Part shown: piece after piece, positions 1 to 11,520 of the stretch
Layout: every line of letters begins with the position of its first letter
How positions within the stretch are numbered: the first letter of the stretch is position 1
Source: Gekko japonicus
Lineage: Eukaryota
Length of the DNA stretch: 64,000 bases
Assembly (NCBI RefSeq): GCF_001447785.1
Contig: NW_015164247.1
Coordinates: forward strand, 92,600-156,599
Direction: 5' to 3'
Notes under the pieces: generated by a model
Database searches by the model: none
What the model saw: only the letters and a program-made list of their open reading frames with translations
What the model was told of the DNA's origin: nothing
Translations under genes and position numbers: made by a program

Positions 1-56
1 GATAACTGAATAGCAAGGAGGATATTGGGGTCGTCTTCATCCAAGGAACTCAGAGC
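1..56 (-). CDS. ANKIB1: ANKIB1 last coding exon, partial (ALSSLDEDDPNILLAIQL..., ubiquitin-interacting motif)
   Basis: Acceptor ttcatAG|GCT; runs off the window edge. Confidence 0.95.
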
Positions 57-405
57 CTATGAAAGGTTAAAAAAAAAACAACCTTCAGAACTAAAAATGC
101 TCATGTATATATTACAATTTTATCCGTATTATTTCCAAGTTCCTTTTAAATCTAAGTTCACAGTACATTTATTCATTCATGAGAATACATATTTACAATG
201 TTTAATTTTGCCTAATACTCTGCTTGTGAGATCCAAAGCATGCTAATTTGTAAAGATGTCCCCCTCAAATAAATGAAATTCTACATGTGTTTACAACGGA
301 GGTGTTGACAATCATCTGCCAACAACCAGCTTAAAGTGAAAGATACAGAAGGCAGAAAGATGCAAGGTAAAGAAACAGCACAGGACAGGGCAAAGGGGAA
401 TATAC

Positions 406-539
406 CTGCAGAGAATCTTGGTTTTCAGAGCGACTGACAGGAGTATAGTCATGAAGAGATGAGCTGTGAAGGATGCTCATGGAAGCAGAACTCACCATGG
501 AATTACCATGTCTTCTGTTACTGCCAGCGTCTTGGGTAT
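406..539 (-). CDS. ANKIB1: ANKIB1 coding exon 18 (134 nt; TQDAGSNRRHGNSMVSSASM...ENQDSLQ)
   Basis: Manual translation; acceptor ccttgagcAG, donor CAG|GTATAT; restores phase 0. Confidence 0.93.
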
Positions 540-1326
540 CTGCTCAAGGGAGGGAAAAGGATTTGTTGTCACACTTTCCAAATCCACAGTTTTACTGGCA
601 TGCGTCCAGCACTCTGGCTCAGCAATGTTTGAAGCCTTCCCCTCCTTCGACGTGTAAGTGGCTCTTTGGCTGGAAGAATGGCCATTTAAGATGGAGGAAG
701 GATCCTCTGGCCCAAAGGAAGGCTTCAGGCTGCTGACCAAAATGCCAGGATACAAGCCAATACTTCCTGCACCTGAGCCCAACTCTGCATGCTCATCAAC
801 TGAAGCATTTCAGCCCTTACAAAATACCAGGGCGAGAGGTGGGGGTGAAAATAGCGAATGTACTTCTTCTGACAGCTGATTCTCAGAATGGGGTTTTTAA
901 AAAATGCTTAATGTGGGATGTTCGTTGTGACTACTCTGACTGCAAATATGTATTTGTCTATAATGTATGAAACCTGAGGATTAATTTCATGGCAGTATAT
1001 CGTTCTTGGGGACTGTCACACTTACTTACAACTGTTGAGGGGAACACATTTTTGGTAGTTGCATAAGAAATACAAGGCTTATGTGTTCTAAGATGCTACC
1101 CATTACCAGTATAAAATACAAAACATGGCTCTTCAAATTCCCTCATTAAGGTGGTGTGAACTGGGCCTTTGAAACAGGGAAGCACTGCAGGAAGCAGGCT
1201 ATGTTCTGAAAAAAGAATTTTTAAGCTAGTTGGCAGTGACAGACTTTGTCTTCATAATTATTTTGAGGGGTTTTTGGTTTTTTTGCTTATGTTACCTTAT
1301 TCTGCTTTGTTATTTTAAATAGTGAT

Positions 1327-1407
1327 ATGGAGTCAGGTGTATACATGAGTCTGGCAACAAGCTATGTCACTACTTGTTGCCAGACTCATGTACACACCTG
1401 GCTCCAT
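1327..1407. repeat. Inverted repeat: 35-bp arms (33/35 complementary) with 11-nt loop
   Basis: 1327-1361 atggagtcaggtgtatacatgagtctggcaacaag versus 1373-1407 cttgttgccagactcatgtacacacctggctccat. Confidence 0.95.
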
Positions 1408-1849
1408 CCCTACGCCCTTCTTCCACAAATAATGGCAGTTAGAAGCTAACATTGGTTACCTATGACGCGGGTATGCTGGATAAACTAAACAGAGTTAATT
1501 TGTCCCCTACAAACTCAGATTCTAAACTCAATCTGCATGGCTATTACTTCACAGAAATTCCATGACCCCAGCCACTGTCACCACCTTTTGCTTTCAACAC
1601 TGTTTGGGTAAACTCCGTTATTCTTCTGGGCTCCACAGTCAACCTCAGACAGACTAAAATTATTCCAGAAATATTTTATTTCCCTCTCCAGTGCAATGCT
1701 AAGCAGAGTTATTATACCCTTCTATACCCACTGACTTCAGTGGACCTAGGAGGATGTAACTGCACTGCAAATCACTTCCTATTAGGTTACATTTGGCCAT
1801 TTGCAACTTCATAGAGTTTCCCCCTTGGTAATCAAATATTAAAGTTGTT

Positions 1850-2327
1850 TTCGGTTGCCCCAGAAGATCAGACCAGAACCAATGGGTTGAAATTAAATCA
1901 AAATAATTTTTGGCTAAACATTAGGAAGAACTTCCTGACAGTTGGAGCGGTTCCACAGTGGAACAGGCTTCCTTGGGAGGCTCTCCTTCTTTGGAGGTTT
2001 TCAAACAGAGGCTAGATGGCCATCTGACAGCAATGCTGATTCTGTGAACTTGGGCAGATCATGAGAGGGAAGGCAGAGAGGATTGCATCAGTGCTTAGTT
2101 CTTCTGGCCCTTTCTTACACTCCCAGGGAAATGCTGATTGACACTTTGGGATCAGGAAGCAATCTTTCTCCAGGCTAGTTTGTCCAGAGATCCTGGAGGT
2201 TTTTTGTCATCTTCTAGGCGTGGAACAGGGGTCACTTGGGGGTGGGGGGGAGGTATTTGTGACTTTCCTGCATTGTGCAGGGGGTTGGACTAGATGACCC
2301 TGGAGGTTCCTTCTATGATTCTATGAA
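1850..2327 (+). mobile_element. CR1 LINE 3' end
   Basis: ORF2 C-terminal remnant (RTNGLKL...NIRKNFLTV), ttggactagatgacc and (ttctatga)n tail. Confidence 0.9.
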
Positions 2328-2435
2328 GGATTATTTGCTGGCAGAAGCCTCTATCTTGACTGCTTTTCTCTGTAAATCAAGAAATAGCCACTGTGCACAG
2401 CAGGGGGAGGAAGAACATTCTGTGCAAGATCTTAC

Positions 2436-2547
2436 CTAGCGTGCTTTCACTAGGGTCATCTGGGTCCGCAGCATTACTAAGCAGGCTGTGCATATCTCCA
2501 CGCCGACGCTGTCTGTGCCTCCTCCGATACTGAAATTCAGCATATTC
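2436..2547 (-). CDS. ANKIB1: ANKIB1 coding exon 17 (112 nt; [17 protein letters not shown]...SESTL)
   Basis: Acceptor atgcAG, donor G|GTAAGA; ORF 2377..2607. Confidence 0.96.
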
Positions 2548-3584
2548 CTGCATAAACCAAAGGTTACAAAATACAGGGGAGCATGCAATAATAATTCTGG
2601 GCATCACAACAGCACATTTAAAGAAAAAAGACTGCTTGTGATTTTATGCATTATAAAATCACCTATTTTCATTAACAAAAAAACAAACCACAACCCAGCA
2701 GTCTATACCATGCAAGCATTTTTTAAAAATAAAAAATATACACGATAGCCCCAAGCACACAGAGCTACTAAATTAACAGCTTAGCTAACCTAACAAGGCT
2801 TTCTACTGTTCTTTGACTTCTTGCAATCTGTTTTGTTTGGATACTTTTTCACACAGTAATGTCATCTGATACTCATGAACCCTTACTTTACATTGTAAAA
2901 ATAAATGGCGTGAAGCAGAAGTGCCTGGTATGTGTCTTTTGCAAAAATTAAAATACCGAACAAATATTACCCAATTCCAAGATTTACAATCTTCTGCATA
3001 AATCATGATTGTTTTGTTCAGAGTATCATAAACATATCTGACAAGTTTTGTTTTCCCAAACTGTAAGTCTCGGTTAACTCTTTATAGTGTAATCACTGTC
3101 ACCCTTCACTAGCAAACATAACTGATATACAAACTAACTTTCAGTTTGTAACATGTACAAAAACTTTAGTTTGCTTGCTTATGTGCAAAAACTGAGAGTG
3201 CCTCACTCAAAATCTGCAGGATGTAACAGCAGTTGATTGAGGTCTCACTTGGTACACGACTCTCGTTTTGACTACAAGAGGCTGGACTCATGGCCCTGGT
3301 GAAAAGTTGTACCATAACCTTCAACTGGGCAGCTGTCAACAGAATGGCATGTGTGTGTGTGTGTGTGTATAAAAACATACAGCAGGCCAAAGAAATCCTC
3401 CTCCACATGTATACCGACAGGAATAAAATAAATCTCATGTCAGTTCAGAGTGCTGTTTCTGTGGAAATGTCATATTTAATTTTAGGATTTATTAGCGAAG
3501 AGAGACTGCGAATAGAACAAAAATACTGTAATATCTTTATGTAAATATCAGGGGTTAAATCCTACGTGGGAGGGAAGGTGGCAT

Positions 3585-3840
3585 GGTATTGCCCAATCTT
3601 GATGGATTTCAGAAGCTAAGCAGGGTCAGTTCTTGGAAGGGAGCTTCGCTCTATCTCCCCCTCTTTTCTCTTGTATGCATTAAACTTTTGTTATTGCTAA
3701 AAAAAAAAAAAGTTCTTGGAAGGGAGACCACCAAGGAAGACTCTGCAGAGGAAGGCAAAGGCAAACCACTTCTGCTTCTCACTTGCCTTGAAAGCCCCTT
3801 GCTGGGATTGCCATAAATCAGTTGCAACTTGACAGCACAT
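3585..3840 (+). mobile_element. 5S rRNA-derived SINE (5S-Sauria-like), interrupted by a 67-nt polyadenylated insert
   Basis: gaagctaagcagggtc...ggaagggagacc 5S head; ggcaaaccac...cttgccttgaaa RTE-like tail. Confidence 0.8.
3644..3710 (+). mobile_element. Short retroposed poly(A) insert with 16-bp TSD
   Basis: TSD agttcttggaagggag at 3628-3643 and 3711-3726; ATTAAA at 3679-3684; A12 tail. Confidence 0.85.
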
Positions 3841-4655
3841 ACATACCTAAATCTTAAGGCAGTTCTATTTATGAAAGGGATAATGTATCTGTGATATCCA
3901 CAAATTTGCTATTCACAGTGCAGGCCCCCTAACTCAGGACTGCATCCTACACTATTTCCAACAGTCCCCCAACTTGTGGGGGGGGGCGGCAGGGGGAGAC
4001 ATTCCTTTTGTAAACAGAGCTTACATGTTTTAGGATCCAGGCCAAGATGTCTACATTTTGAATACATGATACTAATCAGGTGGTCACATTTCCATAAGGG
4101 TAATGGAGAAGGAACTAGCAACAGTTCAGCCAATCTTATCACTTCATACTGTCCCTCTAAACCTCCGAGCCCAACAGATGATACCAAATAGGACTGTCTA
4201 AAGAACAGCAGAACCTGATCCACTTTGCACAAGGAAGTCATGTCACCATCTAGCACAACGCTGCCATAACACTCAAAAAGGGAAAAGCATCTAATTAAAA
4301 TAGCTTACATCCTAAAGAACCAAAATAGTAGCAAATGCCTCTAATATCTGCATTATTTGCATATAAGCGCATGTTGCTCATCCCTTTTTAATAATTAAAA
4401 TGTTTATAATAAAACATTCAATTATTGGGAACAAAGCATTATGAGGAGAACTGGGCAAAAGCAAGCCAGCCAATTTGCCTCTAAGAAGCAACTATACTTC
4501 TGGACGCATAGCACTATTCAGCAACAATAGAAAAGGAAATATACAGTAAAGCATATTATAAAATATGGGCAATAATCCAGTAAGTTTAATTAATGCAAAA
4601 AGATCAAAATCCATAAAGAAACACTGAAGTAATATCTGCCTTCTTATCACACCAC

Positions 4656-4927
4656 AAGAAGAAGAAAGAAGAGACTGGACTTATACCCTGCCTTAACTCA
4701 GAGTGGCTTACAATCTCCTTTCCATTCCCCGCCCCACAACAGACACCATGTGAGGTAGTTGGGGCTGAGAGAGCTCTTTCAAGAACTGCTTGTGAGAGAA
4801 CAGTTCTGAAAGAACTTGTGACTGACCCAAGGTCACACCAGCAGCTTCATATGGAGAAGTGGGGAATCAAACCTGGTTCTCCCAGATTATTGTCCGCGCT
4901 CTTAACTACTACACCAAACTGGCACTC
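4656..4927 (-). mobile_element. tRNA-derived SINE (Squam3-like)
   Basis: Head gccagtttggtgtagtagttaag, B-box-like ggtttgattcc, (CTT)n tail; matches the other copies in the window. Confidence 0.85.
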
Positions 4928-6000
4928 AAAGTTCATAATGCCATGTATATGCTTCATGATACTGTTTCATTTTGTGTGGCTGCGCTTACTTTCTTTTTGT
5001 CTATTCTTCCCTTAGCCTGGGTAAATGGATTGTCTCAGCTGAGGAGTGAAGTTTGCTTCTCTGTCTTCCTAGCCTTTACTTAACCCTTATCTCTGGAAAG
5101 CTGTGTTATCCTGGAACAGTGCAATCAACTCCTGCCTGTAAATGCCAACAATGACTGGTGCTGCAAAGTAAAACATGGCTGCACTTACCTGTAACTGTTG
5201 CTCATCAAGTGTTCTTCTATGCAGGCACACATGGGAACTGCACAGGTGCAGGCCAGCTGTAAACATTCTAAGGTTCTTGACAGTGTAGGGCCTTTTCATG
5301 CAGTTTCCCACCCAAAATGTGTCTATAAAAAGGAAGAGAGCACCTCCCTCCTTCAGTTCATAGATACCACCACTGGAGAAGGTACTACTAAAAAAAGACC
5401 AGAGAGCTCACAGCAGGGAAAGGAGGGAGGATTGTGTGCAGAGAAGAACACCTGATGTCCTTCATCAAGAACACCTGATGCTCTCATTGTCGCTCTCTTC
5501 TGTTCAGTCTTGCTAGAGACTAGCAAGAAACTTACCTAGAATGTGAGTGTGGAGCTCCTAATGGAAAAGACAGCAGATGTTGGATACAGAACCTCTGTAG
5601 TTCTCCTAAGGTGAATGCCTTAAAGCATCTGCCAGCATATTGTCCCTTCCTGCTATGTGGATGGCCTGGAAACCCACCTTGTGTTTCACTGTTCACTCCC
5701 AAATGCAAAAAGCTTCCTGGCATAGTGCCGAAGAGACCCATGCCTCCCCCCCCTCCCGCCACTGAGGAGAGGGAGACAAGCTGTTAAAGCATAACTCATG
5801 GCCCCTAGTTTGAGGACATTTATGTGGAGATTGCCTTTGTGTGGAAACCATAGTACAAAACCTTGCTGAGACTGTAGGCGCTTTTGGAATTCTGACACAG
5901 AGCGGTGGGCACAGCCACCAAGTGTCTACTGCAAGTGGTGAAACAAATGACAAAATGGCTGCCACAAGAGGTGGCACCAACCCCAGAGCATCAGGGCACA

Positions 6001-6965
6001 CAGGGTCGGCCCGAGGTGTTTCTGCGCCCTAGGCGAGGCACAGATGCCAACCTTCTGGTGGGGCCTGGAGACATATGGGGGGAAGGGAAACAGGGGGGTC
6101 CTTTGGTTTCAAGCTCTTGGGGCGCATCTGCTGTGCGGCCTGGCACTCGGCTGGGCAGCCCCTTACGCTCTCTCCTGCAGCAAATAAGAAGGCCTCCTCC
6201 TCCAAGCCGAGCTGCCCACTGGAAAGGGCAGCGCAGGGCAGGCGGGTCCTCCCTGAAGCAGGCAGGGCTGTTGGGTCACCCCCGGACCTAACTCCCCTCA
6301 GCCTGGCAGCCGCCCGCCCCTGCAGACAAGGTTGGCCGCCCGCCCGGTGTGAGGCTTGCTTGCCATCGGGTCCTACAGGCGCAGAGCCCAGCCTGCTGCA
6401 GTGGACAGGCAGGTCCAGCTGGGTGAGAGAAGAGCCGGCCGGAGAAACTGTGCCGGGAGCGGCCAGAAGTCAGTGGGCTCGGCTTCCCTCGGAGCTCTGG
6501 CTCAGGAGAGGCCCTGCTGGCCCCGAATCCCACTCCCCTGGGAAGAGTCAGGCCAGGGAGAGGGCAGGGCTGGCTCCCCTGCAGGAGCCCCATTCGGTCG
6601 CAGTCGCGGCAGGGCTGGCTTGAGTCTCACGGACACCCAGCAGAGGCAGGGAGGGCTTCTGGAAGCACCTGTGAGGAGGGCGGTGGGCACCCCCCTGCAC
6701 TTCCTTCCTGGCGGTGTTCCCGGAATCCTCCAGGGATCAACCCAGTTCCCCCACGGGATCTTTGGGGCGAGGCCCGGAGGAGGGTTCCTGCTCTTTTCTC
6801 CTGGCGCCCAGATTGGCGCAGTCCACCGTCCAGCCGGGCAGAGAAGTCACCCAGAAGGGCCAGGCCACTTCTCCCCTGCCCCTGCCTGGCTACGGGGAAG
6901 CTGCTGCGGCAGCTGGCGGCGCTCGGGGACGGGGGACGTGGGCATGGCTGGCTGGTTGCTCACCT
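6001..6965. mobile_element. CpG/GC-rich insertion nested in the DIRS element, probably a non-autonomous DNA transposon
   Basis: Abrupt GC/CpG rise; begins cagggtcggccc...gcgccctaggcg; similar end type at about 54899-54950; right end not resolved. Confidence 0.45.
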
Positions 6966-7082
6966 AGAAGGTCAGAGCAGAAGAGGCATATACTTTTCAA
7001 CTCAAAATACCAAACTTTCTGTCCTCCCTATCAAGGGGAGCATAGTAAGCAGAGCCTTTATGGGAATCTTCCCCCTGCAATG

Positions 7083-7356
7083 ACAGTTTGGTGTAGTGGT
7101 TAGGAGCATGGACTCTAATCTCAGAGAGCAGCATTTGATTCCCCACTCCTCCACATGTAGCTGCTGGTGTAACCTTGGGTCAGTTCTCTCTCAGAGCTGT
7201 TCTGGAAAGAGCAGTTCTCAAAAGAGCTCTCTCAGGCCCACCCACCTCATAGGGTGTCTGTTGTGGGGAGGGGAAAGGAAAGGAGTTTGTAAACTGCTCT
7301 GAGTCTCCTTCAGGTAGTGAAGGGCGGGGTATAAATCCAATCTCTTCTCTTCTTCT
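7083..7356 (+). mobile_element. tRNA-derived SINE (Squam3-like)
   Basis: cagtttggtgtagtggttagg...ggtataaatccaatctcttct. Confidence 0.85.
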
Positions 7357-8516
7357 CAGTCACCATTGAATTTGTGGTAGGACAAGTGAAAAGGAAAACT
7401 GAACCCTCCTGCCAGGTTTTGCATATATTTTTCAGCCTTTTATGCACTAGCTGGGACTGATGCTGGTCTGGTCCAAATATCCTTTGTGATATCAAGCGTT
7501 CCTAAGCATCACTGGGAAGGCCACTGATCCCACAGCCAGTGCAGGACTTTAAAGACTAGATCAGCATAAGCAGGAGTGAATCAAGTCACCTCTATCTCCA
7601 GGGGCTTAGCTATGCACACCAATTATTCAGTGTACTGTTGAAATTTCTCACTTGAAGAGACAATGGTGTCTTCAGTGACCACTTCCAAAGGAGATGGTTT
7701 GGAGGCAGTATCTGAATCAGACTTGGACCCCTGGTTGCCCTTGACCCATGGCTCTTGGTCACCTGCAGCTTTGTCTGACTTTCTTTTGAGTCACAGACGC
7801 TGGTTGACATTTGGATCTTGGTTCCAAGTGGGAAGGAGGACGGTTATCATAACTGGAATGGTAGAAGTAATGATAGTATGGGTAATGATAGGGGGAACCT
7901 TCATACCCATAAAAGAGTGAAAAGGAGTTTTGTAAAAAGTGTATTGCAACCACTGATGATGCTGACAATCATCACAGTAATGAGTGCACTCATTATTCTA
8001 CAAGGCACACACTCAGGGTGCTACAAGAACAGATCAAGGTGCAGTAAGCAAAGTAAACCACCCACAGCATATCTGGCCTTTGAAGACACTTCTTGACTCT
8101 GTAAAGCTCCGGTAAAAGGAGGCAACAGCAAGACCAAACTGAAGGGTTCCAGCATTTCAGGTATTTCATCTTTGAAAAAAGAGACACGCAAGTAATTCTT
8201 CTGATGAGGAGTAGGCTACAGGGTTTTCAGAGCCAACAGTGGATCCAAGACATCTGCTGGAACCGTTAGAGTGGAAGACTTTTTCTTATGAGAGGATTTA
8301 AACGTTAAGAAAGAGACTGTTGCAGGCTTCTTGAGGTGCCTTGTCTTCATCTTGGCCTTCGTTAGTGGAGACTCTGAATGACTTTGAGGAGAAAAATGCA
8401 ATTGTGGGACTGAAGCTGCAGCTGGAACTTGTAGTAGTAGCAGTCAGAATTGGTGGCACTGAGGAGGCATGCTTGAGCCTTTCAGGGCAGTTTCCCCATA
8501 AAATGGCTTTAAGATG

Positions 8517-8808
8517 AGGAGAAGAAGAAGGAAGAAGGAGAAGAGGAGATTGGATTTATACTCCGCCCTTCACTTGGAGTCTCAGAGCGGCTTACAAACT
8601 CCTTTCCTTTCCCCTCCCCACAACAGACACCCTGTGAGGTAGGTGGGGCTGAGAGAGATCCTTCAAAAACTGCCCTTTCAAGGACAGCTCTGACAGAACT
8701 ATGGCTTGCCCAAGGTCATCCAGCAGGTGCAAGTGGAGGAGTGGGGAATCAAACCTGATTCTCCCAGATTAGAGTCTGTGCACTTAACCACTACACCAAA
8801 CTGGCTCT
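8517..8808 (-). mobile_element. tRNA-derived SINE (Squam3-like)
   Basis: Reverse-complement copy of the same family as 7083-7356, with GA-rich tail on the + strand. Confidence 0.85.
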
Positions 8809-9859
8809 CATTACGAGACTTCAGTGTAAACTGTTTTCAGACTGAACACCCTATGCTGTCATGTGTCCTGCGAGACAAAGGAAGCAAGAGTTGTGTAAAT
8901 CCAACTGGGCCATCTTGGTTCCACAGCAGAAACACCTTAAATCAGGTATCTGAAGCCATCAGGTGTCAAATCACCAGAGGGTGAGTTTACAGAGGCAACA
9001 AGCCATGAAATCTTCTTTGGAATCAAGTCAGGGACCGATGAGTACAGACTGAAATGTCCTTCTTCAGCAGCAGCAAAAGAAGAACTAAGAGAGGTGCTCT
9101 CCTCCCTTGGATAGGCACACTGGGCAGGAAACAGCGTCAAAAGGGGAGGAGAATGCCTCATGCTGTCAGGAGCTTCTTCAGAATGTCCGTGACTGGTGTG
9201 TGCGTGTCGAGTTCCCATGTGGGACTGCACAGAAGACATGATGATCAACACGAGTCCACAGCAGCAAACTCAAGGCAAAACAATAATTCTTCAAAACATC
9301 ACAAAGCAGTTGAGGAAAACTATCTCATGCCACTCAGTTTCTTTGAAATCAGAGGCACAGATGGAGATGGCATACAAAATTAACCTCTTCAGTCTGGTAC
9401 AGTTTCAACAGTATGTCTGCTGAGCTGCTGTACTAAGTTCTCTACTCCATGTCTTGTAGCCCACAGCAAATCACACTAGACAGGGGTAAAGCTGTGAGAT
9501 GCCACTGTGGACAATGGCATTGCTACAAGTATAATCCCACACGCAGCCACGTTCACATTTCATTGAAATGTAAGACACAAATGGGAAATACGGTATAGCT
9601 AATGTAAGGGAAGTAACAAGGAAAGAAGCAGGAATATAGCCCCTGCATCGGATTAGTTCCAAAGCTCAGAGCTGATTGTGGGCCCCGAGCTAGGAGCCGG
9701 GTCAAGAGGAGGAGGAGCAGCAGCAGCGGCTTAAATGTTGGCAAGGATTCCATGCCTATGACACCCTGTGAGCGGCTTTCCTTCCTTGATAACAAGCAGC
9801 ACGGGAGAGAGCTTGCTTTTTAAGAGATGGAACATTTCCACCCACTTATCATATCCAGA

Positions 9860-10066
9860 TCCTGACTTGGGTAGCCCAGGCTAGACTGATCTCGGAAGCT
9901 AAGCAAAGTCGGTCCTGGCCAGTATTTGGATGGGAGACCTCCAAGGAATACCAGGGGCTTGATGCAGAGGCAGGCAATGCAAACCACTGCTGAATGTCTC
10001 TTGCCTTGAAAACCGTACGAGGTCACCATAAGTCAGCTGTGTCTTGACGGCACTTTCCACCACCAT
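9860..10066 (+). mobile_element. 5S rRNA-derived SINE (5S-Sauria-like)
   Basis: tgatctcggaagctaagc...ttggatgggagacc...ggaatacc matches 5S rRNA, followed by an RTE-like tail. Confidence 0.85.
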
Positions 10067-10355
10067 CATACCCAAACTGCTGCTCTAGCTGTGGCTGTGT
10101 TTGTTCAACCACAGTTAAAGCAAGCTGAAGGAAAAGAATGCCAGACTTTGAGCCCACTGGAGGCAGAGATTTATTTCTTACATACTCACCCTAAATGAAC
10201 AGTGTATGAAAATATATATATATATTTCCTTCTATTGTTAAGCAGCAAAAATAGAAATAGTATGGACCAACATTAGGAAGCTATTCATGCAAAGTTAGAA
10301 TACATAATTTCCATCATATGCAAATTTGCATAATTAAAATTCACAAAAAAATTAC

Positions 10356-10407
10356 CTCAGGGGATGCAAATCCTAAATATTCCCAATCCCATGTTCCTCC
10401 AGCAAAG
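10356..10407 (-). CDS. ANKIB1: ANKIB1 coding exon 16 (52 nt; [17 protein letters not shown])
   Basis: Manual translation; acceptor ttatAG, donor GAG|GTAATT. Confidence 0.96.
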
Positions 10408-11279
10408 CTATAAATTAAACAGATTTTGATATTTAAGAACAGAATCCAAGGAAAACTAGCCAGCAAAGTGAGAATGAAACACTTAAATGTTAAGTTATTA
10501 ATGTCCTAATCTTACTACTTTAAAAAGCACAAAGAGAACTACAAAATTAATCAAAATGCTGGAATTGCTAGCAAATTTTTAAACAAGACCCACAATTCAT
10601 AAACATTTCATTGATGCATCACAATAAGGATAATGAACAGTCTAATAATTCAGATTTATGTTGATTAACTTGATATTCATTACATAGTACAGCAAGTGCT
10701 TCATCAGCAGGCACTCTTGGGGCATGAGGCTGCTGGTTAATCGAGTGTGCTGGATCATCCAGTGTATTGCTTTGCTCCACCCCCTACAAAGAGGAACTCA
10801 CAGCAACCAAACTCCATCCCACTGGAAACCCCAGGGTGACTGGCAAGGCCCTTCCCCTCAAGCCACAGCTGGCCTGGAGTCTTCCAGGAGAGCTGGACTC
10901 TGACAGCTTGAGGCAGACGAAGGGGGAAAGACATAGCTGAAGTTGCCATCAGTTGGCAGCACTGGCTCTCAGTAACCCAACAGAGGCCGGAGGCATTAAG
11001 CCATCTGGCTGGTGAGGCTAGAGTGGGCACACGCATGCCCAAAGGTGCAGTGGTATAGTAAAGGATAGAAGCTTGCCCCCTGGGAAATGCTGATTAATTG
11101 AGCGTTCTGGATAATCAAATGCTGCACACTATCCAGGCCCTGGGTTTTCATGCAGCATTTGCCTTGATGAAAAATCGTATAAAAATCAAACGATCACCAA
11201 AGTTCTGCCTTTAGAGCATGCCGCACCTGTTCATCCCATTTTTTTTCGTATTCCACCTCCAAAATCTCTTCCCTCCTAT

Positions 11280-11520
11280 ACCTATCTGTTGTGTTTACCT
11301 TATTCAGAATGAATCTGCCCCTGTCCCTTAGGTAAGATCGACACGATAGCACATATCTTTCTGGAGTGTCCTTTGTATGCTAATCTCAGGAGGAATTATA
11401 TTTTACTGTGTTTGCAAATTCATTCGGACATATATTCCTATTACTTAGTTATCTTTTTACTTTCTGACAGGGATCCAGAAAGAATTCTAGTAGTTGCAAT
11501 TTTTTTTTACTCCTTTTGTC
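11280..11520 (+). mobile_element. LINE ORF2 C-terminal remnant (RTE-X-like) with CCHC motif
   Basis: Translates ICPCPLGKIDTIAHIFLECPLYANLRR. Confidence 0.6.

Larger units (their letters stand above)
5180..9247 (-). mobile_element. Decayed DIRS1-type (tyrosine recombinase class) retrotransposon with both inverted terminal repeats
   Basis: Inverted repeats about 9050-9247 and 5180-5400; gag-like Cys-rich N-terminus (CFCCGTKMAQLDLHNSCFLCL, about 8870-8940); gag-like KRLKNICK..FLFTCPTTNSMV (about 7360-7450); RNase H end SALCQEAFCIWE..FQAIHIAGRDNMLADAL (about 5620-5740); ICR-like segment about 5410-5450. Confidence 0.75.

Noticed and set aside
492-810. 96-aa minus-strand ORF overlapping coding exon 18, as a possible exon extension
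   Set aside because: It is in a different frame from ANKIB1; the ANKIB1 frame has TGA just upstream of the acceptor; no recognisable domain
5905-7103. Long overlapping ORFs (128-203 aa) as a nested gene
   Set aside because: Stop-codon scarcity from high GC; low-complexity translations in several frames; lies within nested repeats
9880-9960. 5S rRNA gene
   Set aside because: Only a diverged partial 5S head joined to a SINE tail; other copies at about 3590 and 49170
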